Origin: Orbicella franksi | Taxonomy: Eukaryota | Direction of reading: 5' to 3' | DNA: 64,000 bases | Assembly: GCA_964199315.1 (NCBI GenBank) | Contig: OZ116706.1 | Location: forward strand, 2,232,001-2,296,000 | Shown: one piece after another, positions 36,501-45,856 of the stretch | How the letters are laid out: the number at the start of each line of letters is the position of its first letter | How positions within the stretch are numbered: the first letter of the stretch is position 1 | The notes under the pieces: model-generated | What the model was told of the DNA's origin: nothing | Databases searched by the model: none | Seen by the model: only the letters and a program-made list of their open reading frames with translations | Made by a program: the position numbers and the translations under genes

Positions 36501-37836
36501 TCCGCTGAGTATCGTTCATAAAATATGAAGGCCAGTTGTCAGATAAATTAGCTATTTTAGTCCAAAAATCAGAATAATTTTCCCTTTGAACTTGAAGGTA
36601 ACGCGCACGCTTATGGACAACGGCAGGAGCTAACATCGTTCCTCAAATTAGATAATGTCCCGCAGATAAGTATTCAAGTATGCGAACTTTTAGTTTTCCC
36701 GCCATACGGACGTTATTGTCGTTATTGCCGATTTAGAAATGGAAAATAGCGAAGGACGATTGTTTTGAATTTCCCTTAACCGTCACGTTTCTGCTCGTCA
36801 CGGAGAGTTAGGAATCATACCGGGATCCATGGGAGCACGGTCGTTCATTGTCAAGGGCAAAGGAAATCCTGAAGCTTTTCACAGGTATGTTTTGAAGTTT
36901 CGGAAAACAGTGAAATTTCACAGCAAATCGTCGTAAACCCGAAGAGGTTCCGATTCTTATCCTTCAATCAGAAATTGCACTTGTGACGTCAGCTCGTGTG
37001 ACGTCAGCCACGCCATTGGTTCCAGGAAACCAATGCAAACCCTTTCCTGAAGACTCCGGGCTCACTAAATGTTCGGTGCTTTTAACTGCGTGTTATTTTT
37101 TATTATGCGGTAAGAGGTGGTTTCAACTTTTTACATAGATAGATAATATTAAATTACACAGAAAAATACAAGAAAAGTTGCTTTCCACGAATGCCGTGCC
37201 TTACAGAACTTATTTGAGTAGACGTTTGAATTGCCCAAGGGTCTCTGCTCCCCATAGTCACAAGGAAGACTGTTCCAAAGAATGGCGACACCATAGCTAA
37301 AGCTATTTTTGTAATAGTTTGTGCGCGGCAATGGAACATTGAGTTTATTCTCGGAGTCCCTCAGGTTATATGCGGTTTATCGCTTTTCAAATTTAGAACT
37401 TAGATAGTCTGAAGATAACCCGTGCACAGACCTGTAAACGATCGTAGCTCTTCGAATTTGCTGTTAGCAAGCTAGATTTTTCCAGCGTAGGAGTTCAAAT
37501 AGGTGACCAGTATCTTTTTCGTCTACGGATGAAACCTTCGTATGTGACCACTCAAATGCAGCAAAGTTTGTTATGCTCGGTCTAAATGATTCTATTTAAT
37601 TTCTCCGCAGTTGTAGCCACGGTGCAGGAAGAAGCATGTCTCGAACCAAAGCCAAGAAAATGTTTACAATTGATGATCACGTGAATGCGACACAAGGCGT
37701 GGAGTGTCGTAAGGACGCTGACGTCATTGACGAAACACCAATGGCGTATAAGGATATCGATGACGTCATGGCGGCACAGAGTGACTTGGTAGACGTTGCT
37801 CACACGCTAAAACAAGTGTTATGCGTGAAGGGATGA
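30502..37836 (+). CDS. rtcB: Bacterial-type RtcB RNA 2',3'-cyclic phosphate/5'-OH ligase with an N-terminal presequence, 8 exons, ~445 aa
   Basis: Exons 30502-30630, 31280-31477 (VPVKAWVKGVPVE..AMPDMHLGKG..IIPAAVGV), 32272-32391 (DIGCGM..VPHGRT), 33831-34007 (HLGTLGTGNHFIE), 34853-34984 (WFMLHSGSRGPGNRIG; alternative donor at 34978), 35978-36235 (DLAYL..NCHHNYV..TRKGA), 36787-36884 (VSARHGELGIIPGSMG), 37611-37836 (CSHGAGRSMSRTKAKK..DETPMAYKDIDDVMAAQSDLV..LKQVLCVKG*). Co-linear with recalled E. coli RtcB. Intron 6 ends in AC rather than AG. Confidence 0.95.
30900..31110. mobile_element. DNA-transposon-derived repeat fragment in RtcB intron 1
   Basis: GGGGG..AAAAATTGGGTGGCGGTGTGCGGCGCGCTTCCCAAAACCCTT..CCCTATTTATG subrepeats, recognised from memory as a common anthozoan repeat end. 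Confidence 0.45.
31810..32050 (-). mobile_element. LINE (RTE-like) 3' fragment in RtcB intron 2
   Basis: Minus-strand translation QQWRPENVKQRSGRCHARWRDAVERD resembles the RTE ORF2 C-terminus; (TGA)n tail. Confidence 0.5.
32448..32645. mobile_element. MITE in RtcB intron 3
   Basis: TIRs TGTGCAGTTCCAGAAAATTTCCATAC...GTATGGATAACTTTTGGAACTACGCA. Confidence 0.65.
33060..33258 (-). mobile_element. tRNA-derived SINE in RtcB intron 3
   Basis: Minus-strand head GGAGGCAGCGTGGTC...GGATTTAAGTCCC with a body containing GAGTTCAACTCCTCGGCC. Confidence 0.55.
34052..34612. mobile_element. MITE (same family as 32448-32645) with a second MITE nested at 34203-34565, in RtcB intron 4
   Basis: Outer ends TGTTTTGTTCCAGAAAATA...TATTTTCTGGAAGCACACA; inner TIR TAGAGAGCTTAAG matches the 304-667 family. 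Confidence 0.65.
35268..35790. repeat. Hairpin-bearing interspersed repeat in RtcB intron 5
   Basis: Hairpin TTCTATGAGGTAATAGTTGAT-loop-ATCAACTATCACCTCATAGAA and further internal inverted repeats. Confidence 0.55.
37150..37350 (-). mobile_element. LINE (L2/CR1-like) 3' fragment in RtcB intron 7
   Basis: Minus-strand LPRTNYYKNSFSYGVAILWNSLP, typical of the CR1/L2 ORF2 C-terminus, followed by a GCACGGCATTCGTGGAAAGCA tail. Confidence 0.75.
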
Positions 37837-38346
37837 CAAGCCAAATTGGAATCTGGTCGCTTTGCCGGGTGTGTCGGTTTTGGCAAATTTTCGTCGAAGC
37901 ACTCGTCAAGTTTGCGATTTATATTATCCAGTCAATGAAAAGCACGAGCACACGAGAGTCTTCCGAAACAAAGAATCACATCAGACGTATTTGTATTCCG
38001 GAAGTTATGACGCTGTCTTTGACAGGTGGCGGTCAAGAGGTAGTTATGAACTGACACTCAAGGTCCGCAAAATTTACTGACAATTGAACCTCGATATCCT
38101 CGATATCTCTCTCTCGAATTTAAATATTTTCTCCATGGATATAATTTTTTAGTCATTTACTATGAGCTACCTCAAACTGTAGCTGAGAAATCGCCTAAAA
38201 TTTAACTGTTGGCTAAGATTTTAAAACCGCACATCCAGTCCCTTTGTTCACAACGGTCAAGCGAACTGCGCGTGCGTAGCCCCCAAGATAACGTCATTAT
38301 TTTCTGAATCTTCCACATACAGGCCTTGAATGCCTAAGGTAACACA

Positions 38347-39124
38347 GGGCGCTTTCCATTCGACCAAAAATTTCGGTGTGAATTTCCGGAAATTTTCTGC
38401 ATGGGACGAATGGAACAGAATTTTCCGGTTTATGCACCAGAGTGGAAAACGATAAGCCGCACTTTGTGCACTTGGAATTTTTCAGGGACTTCTAAGTTAA
38501 ATCACAAATATAGTAGCTCACAGAACACTGATCCGTCGACACGGCGACTTTTTATAGCCCATGACAGCAGGGACTTCACAGAAACCACAACGGCAGCGAA
38601 AACGTCGCAAAACAAAGGGTTTAATGAGCGGTACAACGCCTCTGCACGCGTTATAAATCTCTGTACATTTCTTAGCCAACCTATGCAAAACAAACAAGTT
38701 CACCGCGGGGGCACTATTTTTGTTGGAATTAAACGCTTTCTTGACGAATTTATCTCTTGGTAGTATTTATCGACAGACAAGTGGCAAGTAAAATACTAAT
38801 CCATTTTCGAATACGCGTCGCCGTCATCTTTGTATGGATGATCGCGGTGATCGTGGCCAAAAGAACTCGCGCTGAATAGAAAATTGCGAATTTAAGTAAT
38901 TTCCGAAAAAGAGGACAACCTCGCGAGGTGTACCCAAATTTTCGAAAAAAAATTTTCTGTTCCATTTGATTTTCATTCTGGAATTTCAGGATTTTTCGGT
39001 TGAATGGTTCGCTTTTCGGAAATTTAACAATTTCCGGATTTTCTGGAACCCTTCCTAGGAAATGTCTGTACCATTTGTCCCCGTTTCGAAGATTTCGGGA
39101 TTTTTGGTTGAATGGAAAGCGCCC
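38347..39124. mobile_element. PIF/Harbinger-like MITE with a nested fragment of another MITE
   Basis: TIRs GGGCGCTTTCCATTC...GAATGGAAAGCGCCC; 3-bp TSD ACA/ACA. Confidence 0.75.
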
Positions 39125-40819
39125 ACAGCCTCTGAAAAGTCAGGCCTTATGCGGGCATGTGCATGGAAAATTGAATAATTGTCATCCATCTAGTTTAACA
39201 GCTTGTAACTTGACTTACCTGTGCTCGTTTTTCAACGACGCTTACAAAAATCTGGCTCTCACATTTTCCCTTCAAACTCTTACAAAAATCCAGGCAAGTT
39301 AAAAACCGGAAGTGGTGTTTGATTTTTGGTTTGACCGCTGTGAAGTTCTCCTGACAGTTAGCATCATTACACTGGGTGTGGAAGCTTACCACCGCGGCAA
39401 TGTAGGGCCTGCGGGCCATAATTTATATCATCGTCCAATTTAAACTATTTAACACGGTTCGTTGGCTGTTATATCGAATTGTATCCAAAATATGCGAGCT
39501 CAGCTTCAGACACCGAATCATAGCCGGATTTTTTTAATCAAAACAATTTGCGAGGACGTATCAAGTGGTCCGTGAAAATAGATTCAAATCTATTCGAATT
39601 TGAAGGCTATGCGATGCATAAAACAGGCCTAATGAAAATGTAGGAATATATCCCAGACTAGGAATTATGAACTGGGTCTAACGTTAGGAAAATTGTAACA
39701 GTTTTCACAAGCTGGCATTAAATTTATTAAAACTTATTTATTGCAAACTGCAGCGTTGTTTGCTCTTCACCGCCGCTTAACGACAGAAGTTTTCTTTCAG
39801 CAATCAATAGATATCCACTTGTTGGCACTTGATTAGCAAACGGTGACTAAAATAATTCACAATGCTGGCCCTCTTTGGTCTGAGCTCGGTGCGCGTGGAG
39901 TTATGGGCCTGTTGTACTGGTTTCGTGACCTAACCATTAAGTACTGCGCGCTACTAGTCAACGATAAAGTGGAAAGTGGAAATAACAAGATAATTCGTAT
40001 AATGCAGAAGGTTCCTTCGAGATGTGACGATGGGCGAGGTCAAATTAGTGTTGAACTGTATATATCGAAACACTCCGTTGTGAGGCATTTTTTCAGAGGA
40101 ACTAAAAGGGAGAACGGCTTATTCAGCTTACTGTTTTAAAATAAAAAGAAAATAGATTTGACTCAAAAATCTGACTGTACAAAGAGCTACAAAAAATCTA
40201 AGAATGAAAGTGGGGATGATAACTCCAAAAATATATATATTGTTCCAAAGACAGCACAGAAAATACATCATTCTGTTCTGATTAAATAGCAATTCAGCAA
40301 AGCTATTGTATTACGTATAAAACTTAACGTGGCAGTCCAAACTGAAAGCCAAAAATACAACCGCTCATAGCTGTTTCGGCCTAGCTGGGTCTGTAGCAGA
40401 AAAAAATAAAAGATGGGGCAACCAACACGAAGCTGACGAAGGCTAGTTTTCTACTGAACGCACATGGTAATGACCTCAGATGAAACTCAAATCCAAATGT
40501 TTGCGGAATGCACGACGCGTGACTGTGAACAAAAAGTGAAAATGCGAAATATCATGTGGGTGTCACAATAAGGGAATTGAGGACAGAAAAAACCGTCCTG
40601 CAGAAGATATATGGCCAAAATCATGCTAAAAATGAACAGCGAGCGATTCTTTTGGACGAGGTTCATATCGTTTTTATCTTCATACATATTCAAAGTCGAA
40701 TCCTTGCGCTAAGGAATTAGAATGGACCAGTCCACGTATGGTTCGTCGTTTAGCTGCCAATATTAGCGCGCCCCACGCAAAAGCAGCCATAAAAGAGGTC
40801 GGTTATGGATCGTTTTCGT

Positions 40820-41236
40820 TCAGGATTCGGAACCGTAAACGAAAGCCACCGGAAGTTTGACTTGAACCCATTTCCACACTATTTCCCCTGTTTTGACGTC
40901 ACACCTCTGCACCAGGCCTCTGTGGTGAAATAACACTGGGCGACAGTAATGCTCACAAAAAGAACAAACGGCCTTGGTCAGGAATCGCGGAACACGATTT
41001 GGGTTGTCATCTAGGGCCCATCTCCAAGGGCACTTGCTGGTGCCTGGCATTGTCACGTCACGACTAACACGTCTTGGAATTTCTAGCGTTGTCTGCAATG
41101 AGGAAGAAGGCTTCTCGACAAACAGGAAATCACGACGGAGAAATGCGAGTTTCTTTCGAGCATTTTGATGGCTGTTGGGGCAGTTAAGCGCTTGTAGAGA
41201 AGAAATCTGGGTTATCAACATAACGACGCAAAGCTT
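40820..41236 (-). CDS. IL-17-like small secreted cystine-knot-family protein (main exon; a short upstream first exon is probably missing)
   Basis: CPWRWALDDNPNRVPRFLTKAVC..C...CRPV...LVQRC...W.WVQVKLPVA resembles the IL-17 core. Hydrophobic KLCVVMLITQISSLQA follows a TTTCAG acceptor at 41237, and an in-frame stop lies just upstream of that acceptor. Confidence 0.68.
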   Translation of the reverse strand, partial: KLCVVMLITQISSLQALNCPNSHQNARKKLAFLRRDFLFVEKPSSSLQTTLEIPRRVSRDVTMPGTSKCPWRWALDDNPNRVPRFLTKAVCSFCEHYCRPVLFHHRGLVQRCDVKTGEIVWKWVQVKLPVAFVYGSES

Positions 41237-43330
41237 CTGAAATGGAAGGAAATAATTTTAAGTAAAGAGCCGCACACTGTTCGTCGCGACAAAGAGAAGA
41301 AATTTAACACAAAATGAGATTTAGCAACAAAAAACCGTTGAACATATATTCATACGTCGATGAAGTTTACAAAAAGTCACGTTGCTTATGTTTCGTTTTC
41401 AATTTGACAGAAAAGTTTCGGGAAAAAGCCCTTTCATCAGACCGTTAATGAGGGGTTTTTCCCAAACTTTTTCTCTCAAAAAAGAAAGGTAAGCTCTTTT
41501 TCTAAACTTTATCGACGAATGCAGTTTCATTCAAAGTGCCACGCAGCAACCGTGATTTGTCTTTATTTCAGTTAAACGTTGAACATTTTTGCCCGATCTT
41601 TCGGTTTACTGCTCCCCGTCTCCCCCCTGGCCGGGTCTGCAAAACGAAGCCTCTTCCACTGGGGTTAGAAAGGGAAAATTTATTACAGCAAACGTTTACT
41701 ACAGTTAGGCTTTATTTACGCAGCTGTTTTAGTTACCTACATTACTGCGATGGTCTCTCAAATCTTCATTCAGCAGTTCAAGAGTATATTTTATATATTT
41801 ACTTTTATTTCTATGTGTATGATGCTTACCGAAAGAGATCAAATAAAATAAAACAAGGCATTTTAGCCGCTATGTGAAGTGAAGGAGAAAAACAGATAAA
41901 AAAAGGTAATTCTTTTCGGTCTTTTTTTTTAACCCGTCATAAGGAAAAACTGAAAATCAAACACTAACAAACAATCAAAACCGTAGCTGCACTCACCTTT
42001 CCACAAAACAAATTCATTTTCATGCGATCCACCGTTTGTATGTCTGTTTTCTTTGCGGTGTAACTTGAAATAGAAAGAATATTTCTATCCACTGCCAATG
42101 AAACTGTGGTTATTGCAACTTCATGTTACGCCTCGTTACGTGTCATAGCTTTGTTCAATAATCAGCTTGCCACGCCAGAATGGTATGCTCTGTACAAAGA
42201 ATATCTTGAAGAAAAGTTTCTATTTTAAAACTCCGGTTTCGATATTGGCTGCCTTAAGAAGCAATAGTCCCACCAGTGCCGAGTAGGTTGGTTACGTAAT
42301 AGATCATAATTTCACTCACAGTGACGCAAGTTTAATATAAATGGGTTATTGACCAGGACGGATATTGGCCAAGGTTTATGGACTGGCACGATCCATCTTA
42401 ATAACCTAAAAAACTTGGTCAATAACGGATTTATTATATGGCATTTAAAACATAGTTTACTTACGGGAGAAACGGGCAATCCCGAGCGAGCGAGATATCG
42501 CGGGTAGCTAATGGCAGCACAGGATTTGGTTCTGCGTTCTCACAGAAAGATAACCCAGTTAATAAGTTTATTGTGACCACATTACTAGCCGAGAATTTGA
42601 ATGAAACAAAATTGAAGATATTTCTGACATAAAGAAAATAGTCTGCGACGAGTTTGCGCATTTTAAAGCGAGCTGAGACGTAAGTCTCGTTTAAAAACCT
42701 AGAGGCAAATGCACGTGCACAACTGTGAAAGTTAAGTACCTGTTGATAGAGAAAGAGAGATCAGATTACCAAGGAACATCAGGGTAGTTGTCGGTGACAG
42801 TTTCTTTGCAAAAGGTTCCCAATTCAACCTAAATTCTTTGCTTCCTTTTGTAGGAGAAATTCATTCCAATTATACTTATCTATATGCGTTAGAAAGCACT
42901 GTAAGCGAAAAAAAAAAAAGCTCTACCTTTCTAGCGTCTCGGTTATTTATAATTACAGGTGGGAAATAAAAGCATATCTGCGATATTAATTTGCCTTTCG
43001 AGTGGTATACTTCGCCTCGGAATTTTTTGTCCAAAATCTTTAAGATCTCTAAGGGCGGGTGTTATGCCCGCACCACTCAGGATAAACAAATCGACATGTC
43101 GCGTTTCAGTTACGTTTCTCGTTGACGAAACAACTGAACATCTGCCGGCTTTCTAAATAGGTCTAAATATACTTCTTGGTAGCTACCAAACAGTATATTT
43201 AGAGCCTTAAACGCTGAAAGATCTATTTTGACAACAAACAACTTGTTGAATTTGACGGGAGTAGTACTGAAAAGCTTTTTTGATGTTCTAGAAGCTGTCA
43301 TAGCATTGCTGTTTGTTACGTAATACTTAA

Positions 43331-45856
43331 AGTGCCACTAACCCCCCCCCCCCAAATTTTTTCCTTTAATAAATCTACTAGTTTCCGTGATTACTTCAGC
43401 GAAAAAATTATCTCGATTGATAAAATCCCTGCGTTTCTACAGGCGTTTAAACATGTAATTTCTATGTTCACGACCGCGCAAAGTGGAATCTGGGTCGGGC
43501 TATTAGTGACGTCACTTCGGGAACCGAGCTAAAACACTCGAGAGACTTTTGACTGAACTTCGAGGGCAGTTAAAACATGTTTGGGTTATTTGTGATTCAT
43601 ATTTTATCAAAACTGGACAGAAACGTTAAGTGAAAGAACTGTATCATTTAGCATTACAATTCGGAGTCTAGCTACGATTTGGACGGCTGCGATGTACACA
43701 TTTTTATTCCATTTCGAAGTTCGGGTGACCAGTCGAGATCGCCGCGTCGTATAATTATATTTAGGCCGGGATGGACAATTTGCTGGTCCATATGGGTTAT
43801 AAAGGTACAAATAATGACTGAAGAGTTAGCTTAAAGCTCTTAAAGAGTTATAAAGATGTCAATGAACACAGAGTTGGTAACTTGATCTTACGGAACGTGC
43901 AAATGTCGGAGTGTCAAAACATTTTTACATTCAAACATTAATTCCCCAGAAATACAAGTTAAAATGCGATGCAGTCGAACTCCACTCCTGCCTACTTCTC
44001 CGGATCAATGACTGAAAATAGTTTTAACATAAGAGATAAGCAGAGATGTCGGCAAACAATATTCGAAGGTGAGGTAACTTTTCGCTTCGTTATTGTCGAC
44101 CGACCGTAGTATATGTATAGTCAATTACTGTGTACGAACACAAGCTACGCAAATTTGCGTATTTCGTATTAGTGAAATCATAAAATCCTTCGACAAGATC
44201 TTGAATGAGGTTCAGTATACTTTCAGTTAAATGAATACATTTCTACTTCACTGTTATTTTGAATGAAATGTCCATTTTACGCACGCTAATAATTTGGGAG
44301 TCCTCGACTTGTTAGTTTGCGTCTCGGTTCACTGACAAGCGCATTCTTCTTTCAGCACGACAATCTCCGTCGGTAGCTATGGAGTCGAATCTTAATCGTT
44401 TGTTTCACTTTCCTCAATATATTTGTAAATGCTTGATCCATTCTAAGGGCCTCTTCATATGAGCCCGGTAAACGGGCTGGCTTGGTTACCGGGACGAATT
44501 TTGTTGTCTGTTCATATGGGAAATTTCGGCCCGGTAGATCGGGATGAAATCCAAGAAACACAACCAAAATAGTGGACTATAAATTTGTATCGTTGGCGGC
44601 TGTCGTAGCTTTCTGGACTCTTGTAACTTTACTAATAAAGCTAATTCGCATACTCCCAATGTGGAAATACATACAAGACAAAAATTATGCCATTTGGCCG
44701 CTATGTTGCGAAAGCGAAGCTATTTTGTCGAAAAAGTTTCGTCCCGGTTACCCGGGCTGGAGTGTTCATATGGAAGAATTTTTATCCCGGTTACCGAGAT
44801 CTCGGTCGCAAAAACCGGGATCTCGGTAACCGGGCCAGCCCGGCTTCTCATATGAACACATCGAAATTTTTACGGAGGAAAGAGTGGCGAGGCGAGATCT
44901 CGGAAACCGAGCTAGCCCGGTAGACCGGGCTCATATGAAGAGGCCCTAAGTTTGTAATTTACATATATTTCGTTCCTCAAAGTCGAAGCTAAAAGAACAA
45001 AACAATTCTGTATTCGGAATGGCCATTGAGAAACACGGCCGGCTTACCGGCGACCTCCGGCGTGCGTTTGTTTTTATTAAAATCCACAACTACATAGCTA
45101 GTTTACCAGTTCGAAACCTCAACAAACTTCTTCGCGTCGTTGTAGAACGTAGGTTTCGTTTACTATTCGTTTAGACAAGTCTCTATTTCAAGTACAAAAA
45201 ACGCGATGCATTTAATTTACCGTGTAATTTCCTCACCCATAGTTTCGTCTGGGACTCGGAGGATCGTTTGCGCTCGAAATAATGAGATGGCTACCAGCTT
45301 ATCCCAAATTCGTGTCTTATGGAGTACCTTGACAATTTCAAGCTTTCCACTAGAGATAGAGAAGAATATACAGGCAATGAAAATCTCTAGGTTTTTACCG
45401 TAGTGGCGAACCCGAGATCGAAGAAATCCCGGCTTTAGTTTCGCACAGATCAGCCCACTTCTTTGGTCTTTTTCTCGTTTCTGCTAGAGTTTCATTGAGA
45501 TAGAGGTATTGAATGAAGAGGAATACTCTATTCTACGCATCCTATATTGCTACAGTCTCCAACAACATATCTTCCTTGCATTCTGCAACGATTTTGACAC
45601 AAACTATCGCATGTACGCATACATTCTTCTCAGAAACAAAATACTGTTACTCCCGAAGTGACGTCAGAAGCCAACTCGTCCCATTCTCCGTTATTCCTCG
45701 GTCGTGAACATGGAAAAGGCCAAATTTACAAACTTTAAAAATTCATAGAAAATTAACGAAAATAGCTACAACGATACTTTTTTCGCAGTGGTAATCAGGA
45801 GAAAAAGAAAATTTATATTACCGAAAAAACGTTTTGGGGTTAGTGGCACGTGCACT
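43331..45856. mobile_element. Kolobok-like non-autonomous DNA element with long imperfect TIRs
   Basis: TTAA at 43327-43330 and 45857-45860; ~190-bp imperfect TIRs (AGTGCCACTAACCCC...TGTTCACGACCG...TGACGTCACTTCGGGA). The right end recurs at about 52020-52235. Confidence 0.65.
44447..44946. mobile_element. PIF/Harbinger-like MITE nested in the Kolobok-like element
   Basis: TIRs GGGCCTCTTCATATGAGCCCGGT...ACCGGGCTCATATGAAGAGGCCC; TAA TSD on both sides; truncated copy at 51140-51327. Confidence 0.85.

Noticed and set aside
30502-37836. RtcB as bacterial contamination, or as the canonical animal RTCB/HSPC117
   Set aside because: Seven spliceosomal introns with host repeats exclude contamination. 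Length, N-terminal motifs and the QVLCVKG terminus match the E. coli-type branch, not the recalled animal RTCB (PIAVIKG).
41405-41475. Hammerhead-like core on the minus strand (CTGATGA-AAGGGCTTTTTCCC-GAAAC with a possible stem III)
   Set aside because: No stem I can form, and two extra A residues precede stem II. The motif is explained by a simple inverted repeat.
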